In this document: positions 35,751 to 37,429 of the stretch, in pieces
How positions within the stretch are numbered: the stretch's first letter is position 1
How the letters are laid out: each line of letters begins with the position of its first letter
Source of the DNA: an uncultured archaeon
GTDB taxonomy: Archaea; Asgardarchaeota; Thorarchaeia; Thorarchaeales; Thorarchaeaceae
Assembly (NCBI GenBank): GCA_964473825.1
Contig: CAYYQL010000024.1
Coordinates: 1-37,429, forward strand
DNA: 37,429 nucleotides
Reading direction: 5' to 3'
Translations under genes and position numbers: made by a program
The notes under the pieces: model-generated
Seen by the model: only the letters and a program-made list of their open reading frames with translations
Databases searched by the model: none
Told to the model about the DNA's origin: nothing

Positions 35751-37429
35751 ATGACTGTTGAAGAGATGCGATGGGATTTGACCCAACTCGTGAAGGACTC
35801 CGACCCTGACTCAATCGTCGAGTATATGGAACGAGCGGTTGACAAGGCGCAGGAGTTTCGTGCTAGATACAGAGGCACAATTGCGCAGACTGATGCAGCT
35901 GGACTGCTCGAGATCCTAGAAACCAAGGATGAGATGGAGCTCGTGTTTGAAGGTCCATTTATGTTCAGTTTCCTGATGTATTCTGCAAACTCAACATCGG
36001 GAACAGCGAAGCGACTCAACGATGCCGCTAGGAAATCCCGAATGAAGCTTGGTCAGGCCTTGGCATTTCTCGATCTAGAGATCGGCAAGTTGCTGTCAGA
36101 GAAGCCCGATATAGTGGATGATGCTGAACTAGAGGAGTATAAGCACTATCTTGAGCGCATCAAGCGGCGCGTTCCACATATGCTCTCAGAGAAAGAGGAG
36201 CAGCTCGTCATCACGAAAGACAAGAATGGAATCAACGCTTGGCAGCAGCTCCAAGGCGACTGGCTGTCGACGAGGACTTTTGAGATTGAAATCAACGGTG
36301 AGACGAAGACCATGCCCTACGGTGAGATCATCGGCCTCTATCAACACACTGACCGGGATGTGCGTAGGCGAGCAAATCAGATTGTATACGAAGACCTGGG
36401 TACAGATGAGATCCTATGGGCAAGTGCGATACGTGCTGTCTGTTCTGACCATCTTCAAATGTGTGAGTGGAGGACCTATGAGTCGCCCATGGCCCAGAGC
36501 CTGATTGCTAATGATGTTAACAGGGAGGCCATCGATGCCCTCATGGAGACCATTGAGGCCAATGTTGACCTGTACCGTGATTATCTTCGTCTAAAAGCAA
36601 AGATGATGAATCTGAAGAGACTGGGTAACTGGGACATTCTCGCGCCGTTACCCAACGCCCCTGAGAAAAAATACGAGTGGCGAGAAACTCGTGATGAGGT
36701 CGTCGGTGCCTACACGAGCTTTGACGCAGAGGTCGGTGAATGGGTTGATGAGATGTTCGAAAAGCATCACATCGACAGCGAGGTGAGAAAGGGCAAGCGC
36801 TCCGGTGCCTTCTGCGCTGGCTGGCTTGCGGGCAAGAGTGCTTACATTCTCTCGTCATTCAACGGTCAACTGGGAGACATCTTCACCATTGCACATGAGA
36901 ATGGACACGCCATCCATGACTATCTCATGGCTCGTGCTCAGAAGCCATCAAACTGCGAGGTCGGATCGTGTATCGCAGAGTGTGGTTCTATCTTTGGAGA
37001 GCTACTGCTTACCGAACGACTCTTGAGTTCTGCAGAGTCAAAGGAGCAAAAGCAGGCGGTGCTGGCAGCGGTGCTTGATCAGTTCGGCATGGCGGCATTC
37101 CAAGTTTCGGCCCGCGTGTTCTTCGAGAAGAGCCTCTATGAGGCAATCGACGGAGGCAAGTTCCTCGATGGCGAGACCGTTGCAGACCTCTGGGCCAGGG
37201 GACGGGACAAGATCTATGGGGACGCTGTGGAATGGCTCGACGTCATGAAGTGGGAGTGGACTATGAAGGTGCACTACTACATGCCCCGACGTCGCTTCTA
37301 CAACTACCCCTACGTATTCGCCCAGCTCTTTGTCTACGCCCTGTACAGACTCTACAAAGAACAGGGCAAGGAGTTTGTTCCAAAACTCAAGAACCTTCTA
37401 GCATCTGGATCGAGCAAGCCGCCCACGGA
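35751..37429 (+). CDS. pepF: Oligoendopeptidase F (M3B), truncated by the window end; not in the ORF track
   Basis: Hand translation MTVEEMRWDLTQL..., WDILAP, KGKRSGAFC, HENGH (36894-36908, in frame), IAECGSIFGE, HYY..FYNYPY; no stop seen before the end. Confidence 0.92.
   Translation, partial: MTVEEMRWDLTQLVKDSDPDSIVEYMERAVDKAQEFRARYRGTIAQTDAAGLLEILETKDEMELVFEGPFMFSFLMYSANSTSGTAKRLNDAARKSRMKLGQALAFLDLEIGKLLSEKPDIVDDAELEEYKHYLERIKRRVPHMLSEKEEQLVITKDKNGINAWQQLQGDWLSTRTFEIEINGETKTMPYGEIIGLYQHTDRDVRRRANQIVYEDLGTDEILWASAIRAVCSDHLQMCEWRTYESPMAQSLIANDVNREAIDALMETIEANVDLYRDYLRLKAKMMNLKRLGNWDILAPLPNAPEKKYEWRETRDEVVGAYTSFDAEVGEWVDEMFEKHHIDSEVRKGKRSGAFCAGWLAGKSAYILSSFNGQLGDIFTIAHENGHAIHDYLMARAQKPSNCEVGSCIAECGSIFGELLLTERLLSSAESKEQKQAVLAAVLDQFGMAAFQVSARVFFEKSLYEAIDGGKFLDGETVADLWARGRDKIYGDAVEWLDVMKWEWTMKVHYYMPRRRFYNYPYVFAQLFVYALYRLYKEQGKEFVPKLKNLLASGSSKPPT

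Noticed and set aside
35714-37274. Several short track ORFs at the right end
   Set aside because: All are alternative-frame or antisense pieces within the open-ended pepF gene.
1-37429. CRISPR arrays, tRNA/rRNA, transposases, integrases, defence systems
   Set aside because: None recognised by eye; the only repeats seen are coding (LRR, Thr codons). A covariance-model scan is needed to exclude small RNAs.

Overview
A gene-dense window of about 37 kb that looks archaeal, most likely Asgard and Thorarchaeota-like. This is an inference from two stand-alone Rab/Roc-like small GTPases, an arrestin-fold protein, a 24-aa-repeat LRR protein, iorAB, a two-CxxC protein disulfide oxidoreductase, a single-OB-fold SSB and GAGGTGA-type RBSs. 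About 38 CDSs were called. Two are missing from the ORF track: a 54-aa DUF1059-like protein at 26137-26301 and an oligoendopeptidase F running off the right end from 35751. Housekeeping themes are peptide and amino-acid catabolism (IorAB, M32, S9, M3B, Ntn asparaginase) and thiol/sulfur redox (two TrxR-like proteins, Grx, PDO, Trx, DsrEFH). No rRNA, tRNA, CRISPR array or mobile element was recognised. The three best candidates for undescribed systems are: (1) a tightly coupled 5-gene operon at 3.9-7.9 kb (Zn-binding protein, longin-like protein, two paralogous ~15-TM proteins, small GTPase); (2) two tandem divergent arginine-deiminase-fold paralogues at 21.1-26.0 kb, one lacking the catalytic Cys, bracketed by two paralogous EamA transporters; (3) a wHTH-Yip1-like membrane regulator upstream of two paralogous surface proteins at 32.3-35.5 kb. 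All family calls were made by eye from motifs; no database search was run.
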